From Bugula neritina (Eukaryota; Animalia; Bryozoa), in assembly GCA_964035545.1 (NCBI GenBank), contig OZ037772.1, positions 5,274,233 to 5,338,232 of the forward strand: DNA of 64,000 nt, read 5' to 3'. Position numbers and translations under genes: made by a program. A model generated the notes under the pieces. That model was not told where the DNA came from and searched no databases. It saw nothing but the letters and a program-made list of their open reading frames with translations. Shown here in pieces: positions 1-13,312 of this stretch (position 1 is the stretch's first letter; every line of letters begins with the position of its first letter).

Positions 1-640
1 TTCTTCTAATATGGAAGTACATAGAAAGCAGCACTCACTAGGCAAAACATAGTTTTCCAAGTACACGTTTGCTATGGATGAGCTATTCAATATACATGTT
101 AAGATGTACTGAATAGAAAAGAAAGAAGTCAAATAACACATTAGCCATTGTTAAGAGATGGTAGCAGTGTTAATATCTATTCATTAGCTTAACTTCAGTA
201 TGTTTGGAATTATCTCTTTGATCTGGCTTTTGTTTCAAGTGCATAGAGTTTAAGTCAACTCTATGACCAATGTCTAGTATTTGCGTGACTGAAGTTTTGA
301 GCTTATAGCTATCCTTCATTTCAGTGTGAAAAACTTGGAGTGGAATCAATTTATTTAGCAATGTTTTTGCAATGTAACTTCTACAGAAGATAGTTACAAA
401 TTTTATCTTAACTAAACACACCTTCAGATTAGGATGAAAGTATATTTAGGATGCACTTATTAGAAATTGACTTCTTTACTTTTAAACTTTTAAGTTTTGT
501 TTGAAATATTTAAAAAATATGCTTTAATTTTTTGCAATTTAGCAAACTCACTCTTGCTAATATTATTAGCTTTTAAAAACAGTTTAATTTGTTATATGTA
601 AAATTTGCTGATTGACCAAGTAATATCTACTGAATGCAAA

Positions 641-905
641 CAGTAGTAGCAGCAGTATAAGTAGCAGTAACACTTATAGTAGCAGTAGTAGTAGTAATAG
701 CAGCAATAGCAGTAGTAGTAGTAGTAGTAGCAGTAGCAGTAGCAGTAGCAGTAGCAGTAGCAGTAGCAGTAGCAGTATAGCAGTAGCAGTAGCAGTAGCA
801 GTAGCAGTAGCAGTAGCAGTAGCAGTAGCAGTAGCAGTAGCAGTAGCAGTAGCAGTAGCAGTAGCAGTAGCAGTAGCAGTAGCAGTAGCAGTAGCAGTAT
901 TAGTA
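641..905. repeat. (TAGCAG)n/(TAG)n microsatellite
   Basis: Direct reading; explains the poly-L, poly-YC and poly-AT ORFs at 592-946. Confidence 0.97.
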
Positions 906-938
906 GAAAACTGGTCAAATTTTACACTTGTAGTATAT

Positions 939-1446
939 GTTACCAAAAGTTACAAAGCAAAGACTAAATTATTTTTGAAGTTTAAAGTTAAATTACCCAC
1001 GCCTTAGCCTAGGGCCACACTGTGCGTATTTTCGCATGCGAACATTGAAATCACAAGTAGCAAAGGTGTCCACTGTAGCGTCAGTGAGATTGGAAAACTA
1101 CTAGCTAATAATATTTGCGCTTAACTTTACTGCTCGCCTTGTTGCTATGGCTATAAGTGCCGGATAAATGAAGTTTTCATTTTTAAATCGCACTCGCTTT
1201 CAATAAAACGCAATTTACTGGAATGTAGCACTAAAACAAAAAAATTGGGCTCGCTAAATAATTACCAGCCAATTAGGTGACGACGACAAAGACGATTCGC
1301 ACTTGCGTTCAGAATGCTGAGTGACAAGTGCGATTGCGAATTTTTGCATGCGAAAATACGCACAGCGTGGCCCTAGGCTAAGGTGTGGGTAATTTAACTT
1401 TAAAATTCAAAAATAATTTAGTCTTTGCTATGTAACTTTTGGTAAC
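939..1446. repeat. ~140-bp palindrome (arms 939-1008 and 1377-1446) interrupted at its centre by a MITE
   Basis: gttaccaaaagttac...cccacgccttagc is the near-perfect reverse complement of gctaaggtgtggg...gtaacttttggtaac. Confidence 0.9.
1012..1373. mobile_element. Non-autonomous DNA transposon (MITE family G), copy 1
   Basis: TIRs GGGCCACACTGTGCGTATTTTCGCATGC / GCATGCGAAAATACGCACAGCGTGGCCC; TA (CTAG) on both sides; internal sequence shared with 42149-42481. Confidence 0.9.
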
Positions 1447-3107
1447 TATGAACCAGCTTCTTATAGATCATTAATGTTTAAGATAAAATCAGCATTTCAT
1501 TAGCTGCAGCAGATGTGGCCAGGTAGGCGAAATCCTAACAAGTGTTGCAATTATAATAAATTGAATTGTCTCATTCTTTGCACATGCAATACAATTAAGA
1601 AATTAATTGACTTTGTTATCGATTCTGTTGAAGTCATGTGAAGATAATTCCTGATTTTTATCATTAATATGTTTCTTTTAGTGGAGACTTCCACAAAGAG
1701 TATTACTTTTATAAATAGCAAGTAACTTTTTGTCAACACTAAATGTGTGAATCATGTATTGTTAACTCTCCACATGCAGCTGTAGCATTGTGAAAATTCA
1801 GGCTATATTTGGATTAACTATATTGGCTCATCTTTAACTATCTAATGTATAAGTAAAAGGAAGTAAACCTCATCACTAATACCTTCCATAGCAAAGCATG
1901 AGTATTCTCAGGAAATTATTTTAGTAAAATGAGCTCTACAGGAATTTATTTGCTGACTTTTCAGTATGATGTCATTTCCTGTATCAATTACTTACCATGA
2001 CATCGCTATATATAATTGAATCAAGTTATTTCAAAAATTTCAAATTGATAAAAAATAATATTCAGTTTTCTTAGCTCAGCTTTTCAATTTTACTAGACAT
2101 CAGTTTTTGACTTGGTCATACTATTATAAAATTAGGACAATTTTGACAAGACGCAGGCTTAGCTAATTCTACATTAACTCACAAAGTTTCTTTTCTATCT
2201 ATATCATACAGTATAACTTACAACTCTATTAAACAATAAAAACAGTAAACATTATGTAATACATACGCAGAATTATCACGGTATTATATAATATATATAC
2301 ATATAATTATAAAATAATATAGCATAATGTAATAATAGTCCTAACACACAAGGTTTTTTGTTAACTTTATCTATAATTTACAAATCTATTACATAATACA
2401 CAACAGCTTATTGTTTGATTACTGTTACATACATTATTATTATATGATATAATATGATATATCATTATAAAATGTAGTATTATAGTACAATATTATATTG
2501 TTCTAGATAATTATAATTGTTAACATTGTCATCTCTATAGCAACTAGTAACAACACATCTTGAGTTGCCAGTTTTAGTTTCTCCAAGCCCTTATTATTAT
2601 TCCCCTTTCAAAGCTAATATGATAGTCTTTGTTTACTGATACTGTTTACTTGCTACTCATATTCACTCAAATAGCACACAACTGCAAGCTTTTCATATCA
2701 TATCAAATGACTCACTACAAAGGAATTTTTACAAACTAGTACTGAGTTTATATAACTTTAAGTAATCACTGAGTCATTTCTGGTGTTTGAAGGCATGAGC
2801 CTCAAACATTTTGACTTTTGACTTTGTGTGTTTTTGGAATTAAGTTACTAACAGCCAAGTGTCAGGGAATATAATCATTTCGATATCGCTTTGCCGTGAG
2901 TTAATCAGTCTCACTCAAAAGGTTATAGCACATGTCAAAAGCAGGTAAGGAAAATAATATATTTTGAATAGAAATTTTTATTTTTTTGACTTAGGAAAGG
3001 AAATGAACTTCATGTAAATGAGCATGGTTGACTAAAACCTAATTTGGAGATAAATTGTGTAGAACACTTTTGCCTACTCCTCTGGGATAACTCTAAAGGG
3101 TAATTAC

Positions 3108-3280
<173 letters not shown>

Positions 3281-6200
3281 TATTTGTTGTCAATCTATAA
3301 TACAATGTAATAATATTAAATTAAAATTATAGTAGGTATTATAGCTTATAATATTTCAGTTTGAGAATTACTAGCAAATGTGCAACTAACATATTAACAC
3401 AAACCAGTATGTTGCACTGTGTGTACAAGCAAAATATTATTTCTTATGAAACATCATCGGACACCCCGTAACCATAGATAGAATTAGTATTGTTACGACA
3501 CTCAATGCAAACAGAGGGTTCTGTTACTGTTACTGGGAGTCAATTATCATAGTTTACTTGATACTCTCACAGCCCTCTTCCTGAACAGGACAGGGTGGAG
3601 ATAGGTGAACCCCCATCCGATTCTCTCACAGAAATTTCAGAAACTATAATAATCTAAGGTTTTACTATTGCATGACATCGTAGGAAATTAATAGCCCACA
3701 CTTCATAGTTGAGATTTACCCAAAACTTTCCCCTTTCATTGGAGTTTATGGAGTTGTCATATTTTGTAGTTTTTACTTCTATTATACTTACCTTTAGTTT
3801 TTTTACTTCTATGTAACTTAGCTGAGTTAATTTATTAAAATTTAAACCACAGAATATATGTTGGCCACAAACTGCCACAGCAATTTTGTGGAGTTTGAAA
3901 TCTCAGAAATATTTTTGATGGGCTCACAAAAATAACCTGGCAAGCTTCCAAACTAACTTATTATTTTTAACTAGTAAAAAATTGTTTAAAATTCTAATTT
4001 ACCACAAACTTGGCTTACAACCTTAATGCAAATAATAAGCGATTATTAATAGAAAAAAATACAATATTTCTATAAAATATATATATATATAATCAATTAT
4101 ACCTACTTTTAGAAAATCAAAAGTTACCGACGTTAAAAGGCTGGCTTCCTGCACCACCAGCCTTTAACTCATTTGACCCAACATTTGATAATATGAGTAA
4201 AATTTAAATATAGAATCATATTAAAAGAGAAGATAACTTCTTATTATAATATTTTCCCATAACACTTATCCATCTAATTTATTATAGAATCACAAAAGAA
4301 GTTAGGCTTTTGTTATAATTATTGTATAAGTAATTTAATATCAACACAGTCAAAACTGGGTTGACATGTATATGCCTTTAGCTACAATTATGTAGGACAA
4401 GTAATAATTAGGTCAAATAATACAAAATATTTCTATCTATTTGAAAGACTTATACACACACAGCAGCTTTGTTTATATTAATTTATAAACACTAAAAAAT
4501 ATCGCCTCACTATATAATTAGACTGAGGTCAAATCCTTAGTTTAAGGGGTGGAACCCAACCCAACCCTACTGCAGTTAAAGTTAAAGTTAAAGCAGTAGT
4601 TTCTGCACACAATGGCAAACATTAGATGTCATTACAGAAGAGACACTCTGGTATCTTATATCATATTAAATTGGAATCATAATTAGTAGAGCTGCACTGA
4701 TATCATTAGGGAGTTCAAATATTTATGCAGATTGTTTAATTGAATTTGTAACGGGATTTCTTTGACTTACTTGGAGCTTTGCCAGATGTGTGTCTCTTAT
4801 TAATTATAACATTGTATTCAGCCAACAAAGAGACAGAAGGTTGATTAATGACTCGTTATCACTCACGTGATCCACTAAGCTGCAGATAATTTTAATTAGA
4901 AAGGGAAAACTGCAGATAGTCTCTGAAGTAAGCGTTCACCATTTTTATCAAACTGTTGATAAATGAAGATAAAAAAACAAATTAGCAATTTTCAAACCTC
5001 TTTTGTGTAGCAAATATAATCCTTAATTCTATTTACTTTGTCAATATACTTTTAACCATTATGCAGGGCTGAACCGGTATTGAAACTAAGCCCTACTATG
5101 TATGGTTTGCATATAGTTTTTATTCACAAAACATTAAAGTATGAATTAAAGCGTAAACAACATATTATTATCATAGAAATAAATTCTATATTGTTCGCAA
5201 TTTGGACTCGAGACTTCAACAGAAATATCTTTTGTAAGTTTTTATTCAAAGTGAAATATCCAAATTTTGAATAATATACATGACGGTATGCTAGACTATT
5301 TGAACATAGATTAAACTTAAATGTGAGGCCAAGGCGTTCAATATTTATTCTCTAATAGAGATTTTAAATAAATTTAAAGTTGATTGCTTGAAATTTGTGT
5401 TACAGTTTGTACTATAGTTCAACAGGGGATGAAAATATTTGTCTTTCATTTGTATTTGAGGTATATCTAAAGCATTGTCTGAAATGCAAGGGGCTTCTCA
5501 CTAAACCAGGGTATAGCTATGCAGCTTTTATTACACTTTCTGTAGTACAGCTATTTCCTGTCACCCATAATGCATTGGCCACACCTTCCTGTTCTATTGT
5601 TGATTTCATATTATTTATTAGTCATGCATAGTGTTTACATCTCTCTTAGGACATTACATTGCTTAGCTTCATCTATCACTATTTCCAGTATAGCTATATA
5701 ATAGCTCTGTCATTCTTAAAAAGCAATCATTCATAGTAATTCTAGTAAAATCCTTTCCAGAAAGAGAAGACAACTATACACAAATTATATACGATTAATT
5801 GCAGGAATATTTTGCTTAGCCCCTTAAAGTTGTGTTAAGGTTGAAAAGTAGTTTATATGGAATCAATTAGCATCTTACTTTTGATGAGTTATAAAGTGAC
5901 TTTTAGAAAGAATGCTACAACTTTTAGCAAGTGGATTTGCATTTGGTTATCCGAGTAATTATACGCTGCAAAAGAGCAGGTTTCGAAGCCTTTCATACAA
6001 GAAATATTTTATCATGCAAACTGTTGACTTGAGGAAGTTTTTTAAACTCAAAACTTGCCTTTGTTAATGAAGTATCCTGCCCAAAGTGAGGCATATATTA
6101 AGTGATGCAGTGAATGGTGAATAGGTATTTATTATACTAAGTAAACACTCTGTAACTCATCAATTTCTAGAGAAACCTGTAATCAGTGGGAGTTGTTTTC

Positions 6201-6378
6201 TCTAAAACCAGAAGTTTTCAAGAACAGTTTTTTTCATAATAATACTATAAATATTTTGAGCTGCAGTTGCAACATGGATAGAAACTAGTAACTTCTTCAT
6301 TGCATCTACTCAGAATCAATTTCTGTGAACTTAAACATTTCTTTACTACATAGTCTCCATAATACCTATCTATAAAAC

Positions 6379-6716
6379 CAGGGCTGTCCAACAGGAGGTC
6401 CTAGGGCCGGATGTGGTCGCCAGCCTACATTTATGTAGCCCTCGAAGGCAAAAAGCTAAAATAATTTTTTTATGGTATACATGAATTAAAGTGAACAGCC
6501 ACGTGTAAATGCCTTATTTATACAAATAACACAAAGAATGCAGCCTGCAGTAACTATTAGGACTTAATTGTGTAATGATTCTTAAAGTTTTAGAATAAAG
6601 TAGTTTGAAATTGCTGATGCTGTGGCCCCCAGCACAAGCTGAAGCTTACAATGCGGCCCTTGCCATGAAATATTCCATTTCTCTGGCCCTCAGTCTGAAA
6701 AGGTTGGACACCCCTG
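6379..6716. mobile_element. hAT-type non-autonomous element
   Basis: TIRs CAGGGCTGTCCAAC / GTTGGACACCCCTG; perfect 8-bp TSD TATAAAAC at 6371-6378 and 6717-6724, the TSD length typical of hAT elements. Confidence 0.9.
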
Positions 6717-7535
6717 TATAAAACCAATTCGCATCCTTTTACAGCCTGTGATCCTAATTATACAGTATAGTTAGTAGCGTTTGATAGGCTTTAGACTGTG
6801 CACTATGCAGGTAACAATTGAGCTTAACCTGTGGTCTAGTGTCTTCAACTGCTACATCGACTCTTTAAATTCCAGGCTTTAACTTGTATTTGAGTTGATA
6901 GTTGCTGGTTTTGCAGCAATTTTAAGGGCAGCTGTACTTAATCCTTCAGGAAACAGTCAATTAAAAACTGTCATACCACAACCTTGTTAAAAATACCTTC
7001 TTCTAATCCCACATCATTATATCAAAGTGTATTCTGCCACCATTCTTGAGTACTAATTAGGTTTTCATTTGAGTTAAAGAGTTAATATATATTATAATAT
7101 GTCTTAAGGAGAAACATGCATCTGTCTCATTAATCAATTATTGCTAATTGATTAGATGATCACGCGGTGTATGGGCGGGGAAGACTAGGGCAAAGTTTTC
7201 TAGAACAAGTTTTAGTTCTAATATTGCAATTGAGTAATTAGAAAGTTTATCGGCCAAATTTCTACTTGTCCTAGGAAATAGACTTAATGCTTATTATTAA
7301 TTGTGAAATGAAATCATGTAATAGTACACAAATTTAATTTTATGTTATATAATCATTGTTGTTTCTCAAAAGATAATTGGGCACAGGATTGAGTAGGGGA
7401 ATGAAGCCCCATAAGTTGGTTAGTGCATGTCACCAAAAGCTACTTTGATATGAGATCTATATAGGCATCGTTGTTTGTTTAAGTGATGGGATTACTATAT
7501 AGCTATATAGTCTGCTTTTCCGCCCTAATTACTAT

Positions 7536-7690
7536 CACTGCGTTTCCATGACTGCGCATAATGCGAATGAATTCTCGTAGGATTATTTGTGGTTTGCATT
7601 AACTTATAGTTGTGGTTTCATTCGATGTAACTGTTTCCATCAGCCGAATGAAAAAATTCATTCGCATAATGCGATAATGGAAACGCAGTG
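7536..7690. mobile_element. 155-bp foldback MITE with CACTG termini (possibly EnSpm/CMC-derived)
   Basis: CACTGCGTTTCCAT...ATGGAAACGCAGTG, TAT on both flanks; degenerate or partial copies near 13020-13130, 24358-24480, 29355-29492 and 61940-62037. Confidence 0.75.
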
Positions 7691-8380
7691 TATCAGAGGC
7701 TGCACTATTTGATTTATTGCTATATAAACTATAATGGCCAATATTATTTAGACCAATTCTAATATTGCCACCTAACACATACTATAGTTGGTTAGCTAAA
7801 GAATTCTACATTTTTAAAAACATCAATTTACAAAAGTTTTATTTGCAATTGCAAACTTCAATTTTTTTGTTTTAATGTTCTGAAACATTGCTGAAAAATT
7901 TCTATGGTAAAAGTTAATATATATAATATAAAGTAATGGGGCCATTAAAGTTTTAAAAAAATTTAGTCTGTTGAAACAATAATTTTACACCAGTTAAGGC
8001 AGAAGGGGAAAAAATTAAACTGTAGAATTTCAACTTGAAGTAAATTTTATAGAAAGCATGCAAAATATGTTTTTATTATTTCAAAGAGAAAGAATGCAAT
8101 TCATTTATATATAGCATGTATTTTATAAATTCGCAAATTACCTACTATATATATTCTTTAATTTTTTCTGTAGAGTGAAAGTAGCTTTTACTAGCCATAA
8201 GTAATCATATATATCATTTGTATGGTTGCATCAATGTATTTTACATTTTGTCACACTATAAAGTGTATTTCTCCCTCCCCGAGATTATATGAATTGCAGG
8301 TATTGTCATTTTTGTTTTTCAGTAGCACCTTTTAAAGATAAGCCCACTAAATATTATATATTATAGGCTATATGTTTTTT

Positions 8381-8520
8381 GTTAAAGCGGGTGAAGAGCT
8401 TATTCAGATGTGACGCAGGAGCAATTATGACTGGATGCTCTTCCTAACATCACCAATGGCCTTTTTGGGGTTTGAACTATAAGCCAAATGCTTTAAAACA
8501 GCTAACCCTAACTGCTCCCT
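8381..8520 (-). mobile_element. Degenerate tRNA-derived SINE (same family as 30788-31003)
   Basis: Shares the core caggagcaatt...gactg(g/a)atgctcttcctaacatcac...aatggccttt with the 30.9-kb copy. Confidence 0.75.
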
Positions 8521-10475
8521 GAATATGTGAGATAAATTATACTCCAGGATATGAAAGAGCAAAATTGCTTTGTGTCAGCATTTCATATAAATCTGGAAAG
8601 TAAATTTTTTATAACAGTTTAGATGCAACTTCACATATGCAATATTTTAAAAATACTTTTGGTGATCAAAATATGTTATAAATTTCTATAACTTTGATGC
8701 AAAAATTTCATTCCACTTTTCAACAAACAAAATTGTTTTAGTTAAAGTTATGCAGAAAATGGTAATTTTTTCTGCAAAGTCAAGGAAACCTTAAATTTTA
8801 TATTTTTAATGTGAATCATGAAGTATCTATTGAAGACAACATCAAACACATATGTAAAATTTCACACAAATAAGTTACTAAAGCATGCTTTGCTACAGTG
8901 TTAGCGTTGCTAGACATTTGAATTCATAACTTTGATGTTAGCTTGGCGTATCTGTGCAATAGATCTAACTTTATATTATGTAGTATTTTCTATATCTCTT
9001 TAGCATATTGCAATTTTGTAAGCTTTTTTATGAAAAATACTGACTTGATTAATATACATTTTTGTATTTTTTTGGCAAAATAGGAAAAGCTTTTAAGAAA
9101 AAAGAATTGAATTTGAAAAAAAAATGCTGAAAAACTAAAAATAAAACTTTGAAAAAATTTAGATTTAGATCCATAAACAGTATTGCCTGAATCCCAAATG
9201 CCACCCTTATCTTAGCTCAAGCTTACTGTAATATTTTCAAAATAAAGAAACAGTTTGTCTACAGCTGGCTGACAATTTTGGTAGTTTTCATTGGATTGAC
9301 TAACTATAATAACTATCATCATATAATATATTATATAATATATTATATAATATATTATATAATATATTAGTTTCATAGTTAGATTGAAAATACACTTAAT
9401 TACAGTATTATACAAGCTGTCTATAGTCTATCTTTGTTGCTTTGGAGTTGCAACTACTTGCCTATTTTTAGCCTCAAATAGCAAAGTCTCAGCCTAATTA
9501 AGATTAGATGCAAAATATTCTACGCAAATTTAATGCTATGAAAAATATTACAAAGTTACAACATATAATATACATTATAATGTCTTAAAATGAAAATTAA
9601 TTGTAGTGCAAAATAATGTAATAATGTATTATGATATAACGTGTTACAATATAATAATATATAACTTTACCAGCTACTTTGTTATAATATGAAATATTAC
9701 AATACAATAAAACTAATTTAAAACAAAGTAACACTGTATATATATATAGTGCATTATATAAAGTATTATGTTGTATAATAAGATATCTTAATATAATGAA
9801 ATATAAATTATATATCTTGCTTACAATTAGAATTATTCCATGAAATAAATGAAAGCGTTAATAACAGTTTTAATTTATACAAGTTCTGGTTGATTTGGTG
9901 ATATTTTCAGCTGCTTTTAGATTTATATATAAGCGAGGTGACTGTTATTGCACTTTGCTACGTTATTTTAGCTCAAATTTGATAAAAAAAAAACTATAAA
10001 TTGATTGTAACTCACAAGACATATAATTGTGATGGTTTTTCTTTTACTGCATTAGATTTACCACCAAAACTAACATAAATTACCTCTTCTATAAAAATTT
10101 GTTAGGGTCTAGCTGGCTTATAATAACACCCAGCTTCTGTTTCCTGGTTCTGTAAATGTTTTAGTGAATTAATAATTATCTTTTCAGTACTGAAATTCCC
10201 ACGCAGAGATTAAGCTTATATGATTAAAAGTGACACATAGTTATTACTATAGGTATAGAAAATTTGGTAAGTTACAGGTAGAGTTGAGTTCTGCATCTCT
10301 TTGTAAAAACTGTTAAATTTATTTCAAGAGTTTATATCCGCTGTGTGTTTACAGAACTAATTGTCTTCTTTGAAATAAGACATTTATAAGTTTAACAACT
10401 TTGCTAATGTGCTCTATAGACCTTAATGTTCAACTCTTTCAAAGTAAACTGCCTACCATTCCTACTATCAATATT

Positions 10476-10650
10476 GAGGTAGTTGCAATAATGGAGAATT
10501 GAGAAATTAAGCCTGTGTTCTAGATCATAGCTGTAGCGTGAGAAGTTTTGTTTTCGTGAGGGCTTCAACCTGGCCGGCCCCCAAACCAAAATTTAATATT
10601 AAAATTAAAAAAGTTAGGCTTTTTCAATTTTTCCATTGCTGTTCCTAAAT
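10476..10650 (+). repeat. ~170-bp interspersed repeat family A
   Basis: gaggtag..gcaataatggagaattgagaaattaagcctgtgttctag...ctcctaaat-like core recurs at ~12357-12480(-), 18805-18958, 27466-27637 and 28440-28609(-). Confidence 0.8.
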
Positions 10651-13149
10651 GCTAATATTTGCTTTTAAAAACAGCTTTTTTCCCAAAGATTGCTTTCCGA
10701 AGCTTTAATATTTTCATGTTCATTAACTTCAAAACATGTTCAGCTATTAAAATGCAATTTTTCTCTATTAAAAATTTCAGGTTTACTTCTGTAAAACTTG
10801 AATTTGCTAAAGTCATATAGGATCCAACTAGAGTGTGCAGAGTAATGCTTTGATGTGGTCAGATCATAGCAACCTGTTAGTTTCTCCAACACATCTGATG
10901 GTTGACTGAATGCCCACCTTTCTTTCACTAAACACTCTCAAACGATTAATTATGATTAATATTTTGATTTATTACACTTCACTTCAGCAAACTTGGCTAA
11001 TTTTCAAGTCTATATGAAAGTGACTGTTTTTGCACTTTGCTATTATAATACTAGGCATTGAGCTTAGCTTTTTGACATATTTAATTTAATAATTCAGTCA
11101 TCTTGGCATAATAAAAATTAATGTAAATATTAGCCAAAATATCTTTTCTCAACGAAAACAATATTTCATATCTGCTTGAACACAGCATAAAATACTTGAG
11201 TAAATACGCCGGTTATGTTTAGACATTCATAAAGATGTCAACTGACAATGTATTGTCTAACTTCTTTTTGATGGATAGACTAAAGGCAATTAGCATATAT
11301 AAATCTTGTAAAAAAATATATAATTTGTCGTTAATTGGAATTTGTGGTTCAAGTGAAAATTTTAATGGCAGCTTTAAAGTTGGTCTCAAAGCGCATGTAC
11401 TGTAAACACTGAGTCATGCCAAACCAGGACCAGCACCAATAGATGATGTAGTCTTGGACAATGTTGTTTCACAAATAAAGCAAACTTTATTGACCAAAAT
11501 AACCATTTTCGGTTTTGGTTATCATCCTGAATGCAAACAGTGTGTTTGCTCAAACAGCTACTGTTTAAACCTTGTGGTATTTGTTGTAAAGCTTACTAGT
11601 TAGTAGTCGAGAGTCTTTAGAGCATAGAGTAGGCATACACTTATTATTTAATAGCCAATCTTCAAAATGTATTCATGTGCAACAAGTTCAAGAATAATTG
11701 TGGGGTTGACATGTCATCTACTCTGAAAAGGAAAGAAAATGAAAAACCAATGCCTATATCAAAACAAGTATTCAAACAAAGGTCAACAACTTCTAAAGAG
11801 TCAGATGCTGAATCATTCTTTTACCTGCTAAGAAACTATAATTATAATTATAAATGTGGTCAGATGCATGAGTTGTGAACTAGGAAAAGTTATCATAATA
11901 TCACTGTTACTATATAGGTTATGCAATTACGAGATTGTTCGGGTTTAAATTAGATAGGTATTTATTAGTAAACATATTCCAACATCGTAGATGAGCAAGA
12001 ATGAAGATCTGTGGTTAAGAACAACTACTTCCGGTTATACAAAAATCTAATCTACGACAGAAGTCATGTAAATGTTATACACTCGTATCAAAACATGTAG
12101 TTTTTCAGCCGATAACTATAGGTATTTCAGTTTTAAGTATAACTCTCAAAGTACATATATTAAACTATGAGCTGTAAGCAATTTCTTGTAGAATAGGATG
12201 CCTAACATTGGTAGCATTTTCAGTTAAAATCCAAGTCTCAGTTATGGCTAGGCAAAGCTGTGGTGAGAGAAGTTGGCTCTACAGGAACATGTCATTTCAA
12301 ACTCAAGATTTATACTGATAATCACTAAGCTTGGCTTAAATTCATCCTCACATTTCATTTGCAGTAGTAGAAACGCTTTGAAAGCTTGATTTCTTTAAAA
12401 AATTTTATAAGGCTAGTTTGAGGCCAAAACTGAACTTCTTTTGATACATTGCTAATCTAGAACACAGGCTTTTCTCATTTGGACTCAAGTGTGTCTGCCA
12501 TCGCTCATTATGTATCATGGCATCAGAAGATGTGTTCTAGAATATTCTATCTGTCTAACTCTAGTGTGTGTTATGGGATCTACTTGAGTATGCAGTCAAC
12601 TATCCTATTTGCATAATTGTTAGACTTAATAACATTAATTTGCATATTTCGCCGAATTAAATTACACACTGTATTATCAAGATAATTATAAAACAATTTG
12701 CATCAATACTTTGCTCCTCTTGACACTAACAAGGGTCTAAAACAGCTCTTAATGCCAGACTATTCTGTCCTTTCTTTCACCTAAAGCGAAACAGTATGAG
12801 CATAATATTATGCTGATTATATAGAGTTCGAAGAGTAAGTGTTATCAGATATAGCCACTACAACTAGTAAAAATAACTAAAAATACCTGTATATGTAATT
12901 GTAAATCTTTAGAAAATTTAAATAGCATCATTACAACATATTTGTTATCGTTAGCTTGCTAGCTGTTAATAACATTCAAGCTTCTTTGCATTATTCGAAT
13001 ATATTTTTTTCATTCATATTTGGAAACAGTTGAATCGAATGAAACCACAGCCATGAGGTAATGCAAACCACAACTGCAAATTCATCGCTACAAGTACCAT
13101 TCGCATAATGCAAGGAATAGAAGCGCAGTGATCACCACTTTATATACAT

Positions 13150-13312
13150 GTGCTCTTCTCTCAGTTGAAAGAGGGTATAAACGAAATACAGGGCGACCTA
13201 GACTCAGACTTAAAGATGTTGCTAAGAGGAATATGAAATGGAGAGCAATAAACTTGAGTTCTTGGCAGCAGACAGCTGACAACAGAGCTGCGTGGAGAGC
13301 TGTAACCAAATC
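13150..13312 (+). mobile_element. RTE-clade LINE 3' fragment
   Basis: Translates to KRNTGRPRLRLKDVAKRNMKWRAINLSSWQQTADNRAAWR, the GRP..RW.D / A.DR..WR signature at the end of RTE ORFs. Confidence 0.8.

Noticed and set aside
592-946. Poly-Leu, poly-(YC) and poly-(AT) ORFs; also the YIYI ORFs at 3010-3305 and the ORFs at 60152-60433
   Set aside because: Simple-repeat translations.
8502-8514. CTAACCCTAACTG, matching the vertebrate telomerase RNA template
   Set aside because: Lies in the decayed head of a minus-strand SINE; no pseudoknot or H/ACA support that I can see, so most likely chance.
11400-11880. Possible transposase remnant (YHPECK motif, 67-aa ORF)
   Set aside because: One short motif, no catalytic signature or termini; insufficient support.
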